Program-made: the position numbers and the translations under genes
Shown: positions 51,905 to 64,000 of the stretch, in pieces
How the letters are laid out: the number at the start of each line of letters is the position of its first letter
Numbering within the stretch: position 1 is the first letter of the stretch
Assembly: GCA_038087875.1 (NCBI GenBank)
Contig: CM075990.1
Span: 13,456,001 to 13,520,000, forward strand
DNA from: Malacoraja senta
Lineage: Eukaryota
Direction: 5' to 3'
DNA: 64,000 nucleotides
Notes under the pieces: generated by a model
Seen by the model: only the letters and a program-made list of their open reading frames with translations
Database searches by the model: none
Told to the model about the DNA's origin: nothing

Positions 51905-52994
51905 TTCCGAACAAGTAAAGACATTAAAGACATTGATATTAACAAAATCGAAATTATCAAACAATTGAACATTGCAATCAACATTTACAATTGAGAAGAA
52001 CAAAATCAAGGTTCCAATGTCCAACTCAGAGTCTGTACAAGCTCGAAAAGGAGTGAGAAGAAGAATAACTTATTAAATCTCACCCCTTTTCCCACACTTC
52101 TATCGTATTTAAAAATCAATTCCTTACTAATAATAGTACTGCCCTAGGCAATTTCCCATAATACATACAGACACTTATATACATTCAACTATTATGTACA
52201 TACAATCTTCATATTTGAAGTACCCAACATCAGTGAACAATAGTAAACAAGATAAACATCAACAATAGTAACAAGATAACATCAACGATTGTAAATAAGA
52301 TAAACATCAACCCCCACTTGTCAACCATCCCCTCCATCCCTGTACCCCTTGAGCATTATTTTTTTATATATCATTTAAAAATGATTCATGTTTGTGCATT
52401 GCTTCAATTCCCCGTTCAATTTATTCCACACTCCTACTCCACAAACCGAAATACAAAAGGATTTTCTAGTCGTACGGACTTGTTGTTTCTTAAAGTTAAA
52501 TATTCCTCTTAAATTGTAACCCCCCACACGCTCGTTAAATAATTTTTGAATGTTTCCAGGTAAATTTTTATTTTTGGCCCTAAACATTATCTGAGCTGTT
52601 TTGAATGTGACCAAATCTTCTAATTTTAATAATTTTGACTCTAAAAATAATGGATTCGTATGACCCAGATACTTAGCATTATGGATAATACGAATTGCTC
52701 TTTTTTGCATCATGGTTAATGAGTGTATCGAATTTTTATAATTATTTCCCCAGACTTCTGTACAATAATTTAAGTAGGGTAAAATTAATGTACAATAAAG
52801 AATACGGAGTGATTTGTAATCCAGAGCTTGCTTGGCTTTGTATAATACAGAGATACTTTTTGATAATTTTAATTTTACATGTTTAATATGTGATTTCCAG
52901 CTTATTTTATCGTCAATTATAACCCCAAGAAATTTATTTTCATGCACTCTTTCAACTTCCACCCCATTTATCTTTATACTTACTAGGGGACTTA
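51852..52994 (-). mobile_element. 5'-truncated L2/Crack-clade LINE inserted in the Tc1 transposase
   Basis: ORF 52375-52962 encodes an RT C-terminus (KFLGVIID.K.SWK.HI...LYCTLILPYLNYC.EVWG...QKRAIRII...HTNPLF). (TAAA)n tail at 51852-51905. TCCTT is duplicated at 51847-51851 and 52995-52999. Confidence 0.85.
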
Positions 52995-53639
52995 TCCTTG
53001 GGCTTCATGATGCTGTTTCTTCACTAATGTTCTCTAACAAACCTCTGAGGCCTTCACAGAACAGCTGTATTTATACTGAGATTAGATTACACACAAGTGG
53101 ACTCTATTTACTAATTAGATGACTTCTGAAGGCAATTGGTTGCACTGGATTTTATTTAGGGGTATCAGAGTAAAGGGGGCTGAATACTTTTGCACGCGAC
53201 ACTTTTCAGTTTTTTATTTGTAAAAAAATTTGAAAACCATGTATAATTTTCCTTCCACTTCACAATTATGCGCCACTTTGTGTTGGTCTATCACATAAAA
53301 TCCCAATAAAATACATTTACGTTTGTGGTTGTAACGTGACAAAATGTGGAAAAGTTCAAGGGGTATGAATACTTTTGCAAGCCACTGTATATTAAAGATC
53401 CAGAATGAGGACTTCTTAATTGTTTGCTCGCTAATATCCTTGCCTCAACTATAACCATCTGATGTATCATTTTGTGTGTCGGTATAAATAGTAAAGATGA
53501 GGGAGTGGGGGCTCGGAAAGCGGAAGTCGTTAAAGAGACGAAGGGCATATGAGGTATCTTGGACATAGGTCAGGAGAGATTGGACCAGGGGGGGGGGATA
53601 AGATGAAATTGAGGTAAGTCTATCTTTGATGTATCATTT

Positions 53640-53731
53640 CTGAAGAAGGGTCTCGACCCGAAATGTCACCTATTCCTTCGCTCCATAAATGCTGCCTCAC
53701 CCGCTGAGTTTCTCCAGCATTTTTGTTTACC
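53640..53731 (+). mobile_element. Short Penelope-derived hammerhead element
   Basis: Core starts at 53640; TATCATTTCT is repeated on both flanks. Confidence 0.75.
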
Positions 53732-55288
53732 TATCATTTCTCTGTGTGTTCTTTCTTGATTGCAGCTTTATGTACTGGCTGCCAATTTGCATGCAATAAC
53801 ATATCAATAATTTAAAGTAGAAAAGAGAAATACTATGTTTTTTGCCACTTAATCATCAAACTATAAGCAAATATTTACAACCATCGCAGGTTGAGCCACT
53901 TGATCCAGAAGAAACATATTTCCAATCCCCAACCACCCATTCTCCTGATATAAGATTTGCCATCATCCATCTCATGTTCAAATGAGGACTTCCCACCACC
54001 CAGATCAACCAACGTCCACATCAATTTTATTCATACTTTCTCCAGGATATATAAGTACAATCGGCCTTGATTGACAAATCACACATCTTAGACTTGGAAA
54101 TGTATCAGTACCATTCATTCTTCATTGTTCAGTTTAAATCATGGAACGTCCTGTGTAGATTCCCAGTAATTCAAGGTAGTTACCACTACATTCTCAAGGG
54201 AACTTAGGGCAAAAGCTGCTCATGAGGGTCTCACCCAGGTCCCATACGAGAAGATTAAAAACTGCATTATTTTGGAATTTAGTTCATGTATTGCACATAT
54301 CATAACTGGTCGACACATTGAATATAATTTAGATGCATTTATTTTCTGGCTCTCTGGTTATAATTGCAATTTTTAAGGTTGGCAAAGCTAGATAAGAACA
54401 ATCTTATCATGATTAATTGCTGTTAACCATTCTAAGCTGCCATTTGATGGGCCTCCACGTTCTGAACTTTATAGCTGGTAATGAAGCTGCACTTTACAAT
54501 GATGTAATGTTCACATTGTCATGGTAACACATTATACAGGCGAGTAAAGAACTTGCTGATGGCTCACTTGCAGTGTTGCATTCCTCAGTAGGCCATGAGC
54601 TTGTTAAATTATCTGGAATGAAGTGTGAAAAAGACCATTTCCCCCTATAAGTGGAAGCAGCCACTCGTTCTGGCTGGTTGGCCATTCATCAATAGTATTA
54701 TGCAGACTTTCTGTGAAAGTCGTTCTACAGATTGTTGACTTTCTCATGTGTCCATCTACAAAAGTTTAAATTCACTGCAATCTCTGACAGACCCCCTCAA
54801 TTAACAGGATTCTAATATGTAACTGACAGACACTGAAGCAACTGAGTGGAGTTTGATCTCTGACAATCCAGTTTTCAACAGTGGAGAGAATTTCAGAGAA
54901 TTCGGTATGACCAATATAGATTTTTGAAAGGGAAATCATCTTTGGCAAAACATTTAAGGGACCTCTGAAATAAAAATAGAAAATTCAGGCAGCATCTGTG
55001 GACTCCTCACAGAAGGCATCGGAAGTTAGTATCGAACTACAGCTCGCTGGAGTCATGAGGCAACATTTCTATTAACTCCAACATTATACACAGCTTTGTG
55101 TTTATAACTCTTCTGTGATCGGATACATTCATAACAGCTCAGTAAAATTGAATAGTTCCTTGCATTTTCTTGAATGCCCAGTTTTGGAGCCATAATACAG
55201 GACTATTATCAATCATCAGAATGTGCCTTAGAGTCATAGAGTTACACCACACTCTTCAGCACCACATCAGCCCATCTAGTTGCTGTCT

Positions 55289-55497
55289 AGGAAGGAACTG
55301 CAGATGCCAGTTTACAGCAAAGGTAGACACAAAATGCTGGAGTAACTCAGTGGGACAGGCAGCATCTCTGGAGAGAATGAATGGGTGACGTTTTGGGTCG
55401 AGACCCTTCTTCAGATTTTGGGTCCCGACTCAAAACGTCACTTCTCTCCAGAGATGCTGCCTGTCCTGCTGAGTTACTCCAGCATTTTGTGTCTATC
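55289..55497. mobile_element. Penelope-derived hairpin element
   Basis: Long inverted arms; minus-strand core at ~55387-55414. Confidence 0.8.
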
Positions 55498-55654
55498 ATT
55501 AGTTATTGTCTAATTCTATTTACCTAGCATAAATGTCAATGGAAAGAACAATCAAGAATGTGTGTGCAACTTTTGACCACATTTGACTATTTAATGTTCC
55601 TGGAAATTTCATGCTATAATTTCATTTTATAATTAACACCATTCTCTCATTAAC

Positions 55655-56000
55655 TAACAGGACGTACCTTTAGAAAGGAGATGAGGAGAAACGTATTTAG
55701 TCAAAGGGTGGTGAATCTGTGGAATTCAATGCCACAGATGGTGTGGAGTCCAAGTTATTGGGTATTTTTAAAGCAGAGATTGACAGGTTCTTAATTAATA
55801 AGGATGTCAAAGGTTATGGGGAGAAGGCAGGAGAATGGGGTTGTGACAGGAAGATAGATCAGCCATGATCTATCATGATGGGCTGAATGATCTATGATCC
55901 ATGATCTATCATCCATGATCTATCATGATCTATGATCTATCATCCATGATCTATCATGATGGGCCGAATGGCCTAATTCTTCTCCTATGACTTAGAAACA
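55655..56000 (+). mobile_element. CR1 3' fragment with an internal (CATGATCTAT)-type tandem expansion at ~55864-55960
   Basis: Similar to 16730-17000, with locally amplified repeat units. Confidence 0.75.
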
Positions 56001-57267
56001 TATGATTTAGAGTAATTGATACGAAAGATTTTGGAGTTCCTAAAGATCTGGGTGTTCTGATGAAGAATCATCCATCAATGACAGAATGATAAGAAGAACA
56101 GCACTTTGAAAACTTTCACTGGAGTTGTACCAGAAAAATCAGAAAGTAAGGAGTGCTCGAGCTTGCTGGAATTTGTAGGTCAGATTGTTAAAGCTAAGTA
56201 GATGGAAACGGCACATGGGCATTGTCTTTGCATCTCTGGGTCAGAGCACTGATGGATTGGAAGGTATATTGTTTCGACTCGGACATTTGAGAATCTGAGG
56301 AAGAGTTCAAAGGGCTTGGAATCCTGAAGACCGCAATAGGTTATTGGGAATAGAAACTATTGGGCTTTATGAGTGGAATCGATGGCTCAGAAACCAGCCT
56401 TGTGTGTGTTACATTGTTCATTTTTGTACTTGTGACAGCTGACACAGCTTAAATATTGAAAAGCTGAATAATAAATGAGCGAAGGCTGGCGAGGTTAAGT
56501 TGGGTATTAAAGCATCTGTCACTGTGACAAGTATTTAATGGTAGGATGATTGCATGACATTTTTATGACACTCAAATACTAAATCAAGCTCTAAGTCTTT
56601 CAAAATAAGTCAAACTGTTCTCCTACTGATATTGTAAACACAGGAAGAAGGATAGATACATAAATAAGTAGGCCAATCAAATCTCTTTAAGAAGGAATTT
56701 GTGGAATGGTATTCTATTTTCTTTTTATTTGATATATATTTTGAAGTCTGTACTTTTCATCCCTGTTTTGTAAACAGCATGACTTTGGTCAGAGTGTGCT
56801 GAGTTGAAAGCTCATCTCTTATTCAGTAAGTTATTGCTGAATTGGGGCCACAACCTATAGAATTGTTCACATAATCTTGGCAAAGAGAGCGCTGCTTTGT
56901 CTGAGGTGCTGTGTTTCAGATGAGATATTAAACCATCTTTACGTAATTACGACACAATTTGCAAGATAGCAGGAATCTGTGGGCATTCTGGTCATTGTCT
57001 ATGCTGCCTGTCCCGCTGAGTTACTCTGGCATTTTGTGTCTATCTTTGATCAGAAAGACTTCATCAGCTCTCAAGACACATTTTGTTCTCCTTGAATTGG
57101 CAAGGAGAACAGCATCAATTCTTTTTTGTGGAAAAATGTAATACCTGCTTTCAATCTACAGTATACAGTCATGCATGTCAACCAAGTTCTTTCACTCTTA
57201 AATATTTTAATCAACAACCTGTATTTCCTCTAGCCATTGTAATAGATAAATTGAAAAATTATAGTGT

Positions 57268-57360
57268 CTGAAGAAGGGTTTCGGCCCGAAACGTTGCCTA
57301 TTTCCTTCGCTCCATAGATGCTGCTGCACCCGCTGAGTTTCTCCAGCATTTTTGTGTACC
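57268..57360 (+). mobile_element. Short Penelope-derived element starting at a minimal hammerhead core
   Basis: CTGAAGA-A-GGGT-TTCG-GCCC-GAAACGTT at 57268-57295. 18-bp TSD ATTGAAAAATTATAGTGT at 57250-57267 and 57361-57378. Confidence 0.85.
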
Positions 57361-58325
57361 ATTGAAAAATTATAGTGTTACTCCTCTTATACACAAAGCC
57401 ATTTTTGTAAAGAGTGTCATCCTTTAATTTGCTCTTGAATGATTCGATGTTTTGGTCACACTATTTTTTCTGCAATTGTTTCCAATATATGCAAATATCT
57501 GCATTTTGATTACAGCATTGTGGAATTAATCAGTTTTTAATTGCTACTTGTTCCAAAGTTTACCCTACAATCAGGGCTATGCCCCTTGACCTACTGTCAT
57601 GGTTTAGCTCGTGGCAGGCGGGTTCATTGGCAAATGCAAAAGGTGTTGCGGTGTTTCTCTCTAGACTAGGGTCTTATTCATGTTCACCAGTATATCTGTA
57701 TAGCAAAGACCGTAATAAATCCAGTGCTTTTATCCCTCTTCATTATATTCTTAATTGCTTGCTAAATATTGCTAAAATGCAACGCTTTTAATTTGCTCAA
57801 GTCATATTTGAAGAACATTTTCAGGCAAGATTTATTTGAGTACAATTGCACTTTATTTGGCATTTGGCTTGAGGAAGCAGTCAGACTCATGGGTTTCATT
57901 CGGATCTTGCAGTGCTCCACATTACAGTCTGCCATGTTAATTGTTTTGTGGTGCTTTTGTGGGATGAGATAATGCCATATATATATATTCAAGTCTGTCT
58001 TTTTCATGATAGGAACCAATGATATTGGATATGTTTTGTAAGGTAGCATTAGTGAATAGATTGCCTTAGAAGAATCAACATCTGCTTCATCCATGGATGT
58101 TTGCCCAGAGGCCACATCTGCTAGAGGTAATGTCTCATACACCTCTCCCCTGAGGTTGGCCTGAAGCCATCAGGGTAGATAGATCTAGTCAAAACTTATA
58201 GAGCAGTATAACCTAGAACTCTTAACAGTTATTAAAGGCTGAGCAAATGCCACAATAAAAGAATTCTACAAATAATACAGGACAGATGAATATATGATAC
58301 TGCCAAAGGTTACATGAAGTAAAAT

Positions 58326-58639
58326 AGTTTAGGTTAAAGATATAGCGCGGAAACAGGCCCTTCGGCCCAGCAAGTCCGCACTGACCAGCGATCCTCACAT
58401 TAACTCTATCCTACACACACTAGGGCCAATTTTTACATTAACCAAGCCAATTAACCTAGATACCTGTACGTCTTTGGAGTGTGGGAGGAAACCAAAGATC
58501 TCAGAGAAAACCCACGCAGGTCCCAGGGAGAACATACAAACTCCGTACAGACAGCACCCTTAGTCGGGATCGAACCCGGGTCTCCGGCGCTGCAAGCGCT
58601 GTAAGGCAGCATCTGTACCACTGCGCCACCGTGCTGCCC
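58326..58639 (-). mobile_element. tRNA-derived V-SINE (HE1-like)
   Basis: Full-length reverse copy. Confidence 0.8.
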
Positions 58640-60416
58640 AAGATTAATAATCTCAGGGGGATGTTTCTAACAATACTGTACAGGTATCATCAGTTCAAAA
58701 TGCTGCAAACCAGCCTGTTCTATCTTTCCTAACATCTTGCCACAATTCCACTGACCATGGTTCTATGGAATCCTACATATCTAGAATTTGATGAAAATGA
58801 ATTAAAAAAAAACATAGATGCTAGAAATCTGAAACAAAAATGGAAAATGCTGGAAAAGCTCAGCAATTCAGCAACATCTGTGGAAGGAGAAACAGTTCAT
58901 GTTTCAGGTTCAGGTTCAGGTTTTTCATCAGAACCGTAATCAGATCTTAGCTGCAAATGGTCTGTGTAACCGAGGCTTCTTTTTATACAGACAGTGGAAT
59001 AATAATTAGTCTTCAAATGTTGGATAATTACACAATATTATTCTTTTTCTGATCATTACAGGCGACTTTTATACATCTGAAGCCAATGGCTAGTTGGATT
59101 TGCACACGTTGAACTGTTTCTCATGGTTCATCTCCCAGGAGATCATTGTGCAGCCATTATCACAATCAAGGGAAAGAAGCCATTTCAAACCGGGAAACCT
59201 GGGAAAAATTAATCACACTCATTAATTTCCCCTACGTTAACCCATTTAAAAATTCTAATTACCACTTGACCGTGGAAAGAGAATAATATATTTTTAGATT
59301 ATAATATAATCTGGCCTCTATGCTGCTGTTCTCATTCAGTCTTAGGGTGATGTTTCTAACAATACTGTATAGGCATAATTGATTCATAAGTTATAGGAGC
59401 AGAATTAGGCCATTCGGCCCATCAAGTCTACTCGTCATTCAATCATGGCTGATCTATTGTTTCCTCTCAACCCCTTTCTCCTGCCTTTCCCCCATAACCA
59501 CTGACACCTTCAGTGAAGCGTGACAGGAAGTGTGCAAGGCTTCTAATATTATATAAATATAATTAGGTTCATTGCTTTGTCCCCATTCTTTTGATTATCT
59601 TCATATTATATTGACACTAGTTGGGCCTTAAAAGTTAGGAAATATTTGTGAATTTAGGAAATTTGTTTGGAAATAAACATAAACCTCAATTAAATGTTGA
59701 AATTGAGTTTGTGTTGACAATAAGCACCATATTAAAAAGGCATCTATCAAATTAGTGATGGTCTGGACACAGATAAGGATCAGACCTCTCTGGTACAAAA
59801 TTGTCACGGTTCCTATCACTTTGCCTCGATTATACTCCGATTTATGCATTTATGATATATATTTTTGAAACTATCCCTTATACTCTACAAGATTATTCTG
59901 CAATGACAACAAAATTGCCCCATTTGTTCCATTTCAGATTCACCATAATGTAAATAATGACACAAAAATATCCATGCAACTGCTGGAATAGCACAAAATA
60001 CCTGAATACCATTGCTAGACCCAAGCACAAAACTGTCCTTGAATTTGGAAATCTAATTAGGGATCAATTATTACTTGGAAGTAAGGTTGAAATAAACAAC
60101 TATGGTGTAGGGGCATAAATATGCTCAGTTGAGCAGTGATACTTTGAGTTGTCTGGTGAAGTTTCCTGCTCAGTCTATAATTTAGCTATTCAGCAATGCA
60201 GTACACTGTAAGGGGCCACATTTGTATGTCCATTTGTGTCACGATTAAATTGATTAATCAAGATGAAAAAAGAAAGTAAACAGGGAATAAACATAATTTG
60301 TAAGTGCGTGCGTGCATCAAGAATCATTTGCTCTAAATGCTTATGACCCAATTGAATTCATTGTGTTTTCTTAATTAAGGCATGACCTTTCTTTGCATAA
60401 TGAACAAAAACAACCT

Positions 60417-60628
60417 AAGATGGACACTAAATGCTGGAGTAACTCAGCAGGACAGGCAACATCTCTGGAGAGAAGGAATCTGTGAGTGACAGACTATGGA
60501 GTCTGAAGAAGGATCTCGACCCGAAACGTCACCCATTCCTTCTCTCCAGAGATGCTGCCTGTCCCGCTGAGTTACTCCAGCATTTTGTGTCTATCTTCGG
60601 TTTAAACCAGCATCTGCAGTTCCTTCCT
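60417..60628 (+). mobile_element. Penelope-derived hairpin element with hammerhead core
   Basis: Core CTGAAGAAGGATCTCGACCCGAAACGTC at 60503-60530, flanked by inverted arms. Confidence 0.8.
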
Positions 60629-61929
60629 AAATAAAGACAACCTGTTGAACAGATCAACAAATCCTTTCTAGTCATTGGGCGAATTTGTCAAAACCTCACT
60701 TCTCCTGATCCCCAGTTCCTCTCGAGGTAACACCAAACACATCTAAGTATTGGCTTGCTGCTTCTCAAAGAGATGAACGCCTGTAGATTGCCAGCTTGAG
60801 CCCCGTGTTCATTCTCTCAGCTAATCAATAATGCATTCAGTTTATGTAACGGCTGAATGGAGCAGCTAATTTTGCATTGCCTGCCACTCAATAAAGAAAC
60901 ATCAGCTCCTTTTTTTCATTCATAGCCAAGTGACAAAGTGTATTAACTCTGAATTTACTACCCCTTCAGGTTTAATAGATTATCCTTAATTTGTTAAGGC
61001 TCCAACAATGATAGCCTGCCTGAAGGCATGTCTGCAAATGTTGTTTTTGAAACTTTGATGTTTTTAGATACTCTTTAGTTAGGAAAAGATGAACAAGCCA
61101 CTTTCAGTTTATAACAACTGGAAATAAGGTGGCACATTCATTGTATTTCACTAAGTGCACTAGAGTCAATGCTCACTTTATAATGCCTCGTATCCATTTT
61201 AACAGTAGCACCTCATCCTATAATAATGGACTAGCAATGTGTGGCAATTTCAGTGGCTCATTGGTGCAGTTATTTTATTTTGATGCTTAAGGTGAAGAAT
61301 AATCTGTGACTCAGGTCATAAATTATTACAGAAGCTATTCATTCCCACCCATTTATTTACAGCAGAGTAACATATTGATTTCAATATTACAATTTCTCTA
61401 ACTCAATTCACCCCTCCCCCTCTAACACCAGCTAAGTAAGAGGAGCGATGAATTGATCCTTCTCAAATTAGCAGGCTGTGACCAGTGAGATATCACAGAG
61501 ATCAGACCTTGGCTCTGACTATTCACAATCTATATCAACCGTATGGCTGAAGAGATTAATGTAACATATCCAAGTTTGGCAATGACACAAAACTAAGCAG
61601 GAATATAAGTTGTGGCGATGACAGATAGGTAGTATATACTGTAAATATATGCCTGACCCGCTGACCAGCATTAGTGTCTTTCTTTGTACTTGGACTCCTA
61701 CATTCCCTTGCTTCTCCTTGCTACCCTTCTTAAATCATGGTAGATCATTATTTGTCCACTTTAATATAGTCTGAAAGAGGTATGTAGATCTCATTTTTAA
61801 TGAGTTCTTGCTTGTCATATAATATTAATTAGAAACTGAATAGATATGCCGAGTTGGGGTTTGTTTTAAAGTCGCAAGGATCTGGCCCTTTGTTCAGATG
61901 CCAGTACTGATTACTTAAGATCTGAGTAA

Positions 61930-62038
61930 GTCTGAAGAAGGGTCTCGACCCAAAACGCTCCATAGATGCTGCCTCACCCGCTGTGTTTCTCCAGCATTTT
62001 TGTCTACCTTCGATTTTTCCAGCATCTGCAGTTCCTTT
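61930..62038 (+). mobile_element. Short Penelope-derived element
   Basis: Degenerate core at 61932 plus the family tail. Confidence 0.7.
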
Positions 62039-64000
62039 TAATCTTCAGATCTATTGGTCATCATAGATATGTAGAGTTAATGCACTCACCTTTAAAAAAA
62101 AAAAATTTCAGCCTGACCTTGTCTAAATTAGTTTGATTGAATCAAATGGAAAAATCTGTTTCAAAGTCCTTTCTTTTGAGCAATGGTCAGTAGATTTGTT
62201 TAAATAACTACATTGCACTGTAATAAATACAGATCCATGGACGATGGGATATTGATTGATGCCAGGCATTTGTGGCCTTGGTTAATCAACAGGATGCTTA
62301 TACTTGTGGTGCTGTACTCCCTCAATACTGCACAAGTTTCTGAACAACTCGACCACGATAGGCCAAAAGGCTTTCTTTAATGTCTCAATGTTAATAATGT
62401 ACCTGCAGCTGCTGAACCTCTGACTCTGGCCCATTGTTGCCTCTTCTGATATACCACAGACATTAACAAATGCCCCAATATTTTGAGATAATGCTTTACA
62501 TGTAGACTGTCTGCAGTCTGAATTGTAGTCTACACACCATATATGTTCATTGGAATGGGTATATGCAATTACACCCCTTGAACTTGCACTGCATGTCACA
62601 GTAGGGACTCATCTACGACTTAATTCCAGATGCCTCGATTTTTTCTTAACATTATATAAATATCTGTCAATCTCACATCTGAAATTATTAAGTAGTCTAG
62701 CACGAATGACTATTTGCAGAATATAAAATTTCATCCTCTGTATGGTTCCAATTGAATCACAAGTCCTGACTAATCTTTAGATTATTCTCCCCACGGCTCA
62801 ACTTGCCAAGCAGCAAAAATATTTTCTTTACTCGACCACATTTATACGATCCATTTGCCCTCCCCAAGGTTTAATGTCTTGAAAAAATTCACTTCATAAC
62901 CTAACATTCTGGGGGATTTAACTTGAGGTTATGCAAAAGTGCACAAAAGAATGCCAGAAATGCTCACTAAATCAGGCAATGAATATGGACAGTGAAACAA
63001 CGTTTCAGGTCGAGGACCTTACATCAAAACCAGTTTGTGCAGTCTCTATATGTGCAGCAATCCATTTCATTTTTTTAGATTTGGGTATTGGTGGCAAAGC
63101 CATGGATTGAACCATGGTGAGGTGGTCTATTTTGTCAAACTGCAGAAAATGGTTGCCATCCATCACTGTCACCCTTCCACTTAATCAGCAATAACCAGTG
63201 CACTTGCTTGGATCACTTAGTCAGTGTTTCCGATTTCAATAGTTTTGCGTACTTCATAACGTGGAGCCCCCTACCCCCCACTCCGTGTTCCATTTTAAGA
63301 TGCATTAAGTTATCACAGGGACTAATGGAAATAATGGACTTTAAAAGCAAATATCAGTTTAGTCTTGGACGGTGAAGATTTGCTAAATCATCTGAGAAAC
63401 TGCAACGTAAGGCCTTTTTGCCTTTTAAGTTCTTCCTATCACTAACATATTTTTGTAAATAGAGGCTCACTATTCTTCTCGGATTATAAATATAAGAATT
63501 AATGGAAATCTGAACTGTGTCCAAATTTATTTATATCTGTTTGCTCCTTTACTTCCTGTGGGATTTAGCTTCAGTGAAGGAAAATATGATGGCATTGCGT
63601 GATTTAATGGAACCAAGTCACTCAGAGGCTCGTGGATACAAAAGGTATTACGAGCAGACATTCTGTTGGAGACACTGTCAGTGGGATCGCTCTGAATTCA
63701 AACCGCATCAAGTTTTGAAACTCTTAAGTAACTTTGTTAGTGCCCTTTATGTGGCAACTCTTTGCATACCTTGGGTATGCAAAACAAAGAATTTTACAGT
63801 GACTTGTCACATGTGACAATAAAGTATTCATTCCTTCATTCAATACAAGTTTGGATAACAGTAATGGCATTCTTCACTTCAAGAGTTTGAGTCTGACAAA
63901 TGGTTCCATTGGATAACATTTACATTGGCACCACATTGTAACTGACAATACACTTCTGAATGTTCAAACATCTTTGCTGGGACAAAGTAATCCAAAATTA

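Larger units (their letters stand above)
50623..53387 (-). mobile_element. Tc1-like (Passport-type, IR/DR) DNA transposon interrupted by a LINE fragment
   Basis: ~213-bp TIRs (50623-50835 and 53175-53387) with inner/outer direct repeats (TGCAAAAGT.TTCA..CCCC). TA on both flanks. DD34E transposase inside. Confidence 0.95.

Noticed and set aside
53756..53830. Candidate HGSNAT-like exon 5 after a pyrimidine tract
   Set aside because: Not a hydrophobic helix; it hits a stop with no suitable donor.
62282..62599. 105-aa minus-strand ORF with a possible donor site
   Set aside because: No recognisable homology or partner exons.

Overview
Vertebrate nuclear DNA, most likely from a cartilaginous fish (skate/ray; inferred from the repeat families). 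Two multi-exon genes lie head-to-head around a CpG-rich promoter at about 4.7-5.25 kb. ECD (ecdysoneless) is on the minus strand, with six coding exons from 5010 to 3, and runs off the left edge. A divergent HGSNAT-like gene (heparan-alpha-glucosaminide N-acetyltransferase) is on the plus strand, with four coding exons at 8397-8466, 9924-10015, 20054-20192 and 45448-45575. Its third exon carries a 1-nt frameshift in a C run, and the rest of the gene was not found in the window. Most of the remaining sequence is intronic and rich in transposons: CR1, Rex1/Babar, L2/Crack, RTE and RTE-X-like LINE pieces, V-SINEs, and Penelope-like elements with about 20 short or hairpin derivatives carrying minimal hammerhead-ribozyme cores. 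There is also a Passport-like Tc1 transposon split by a LINE, a Harbinger-type MITE and a TIR element with a 7-bp TSD. The most striking non-coding signal is a ~125-nt TSD-flanked retroposon at 36876-37000 (minus strand) whose 5' end folds as a minimal HDV/CPEB3-like self-cleaving ribozyme. All calls were made by eye; no database searches were run, and repeat boundaries without a TSD are approximate.
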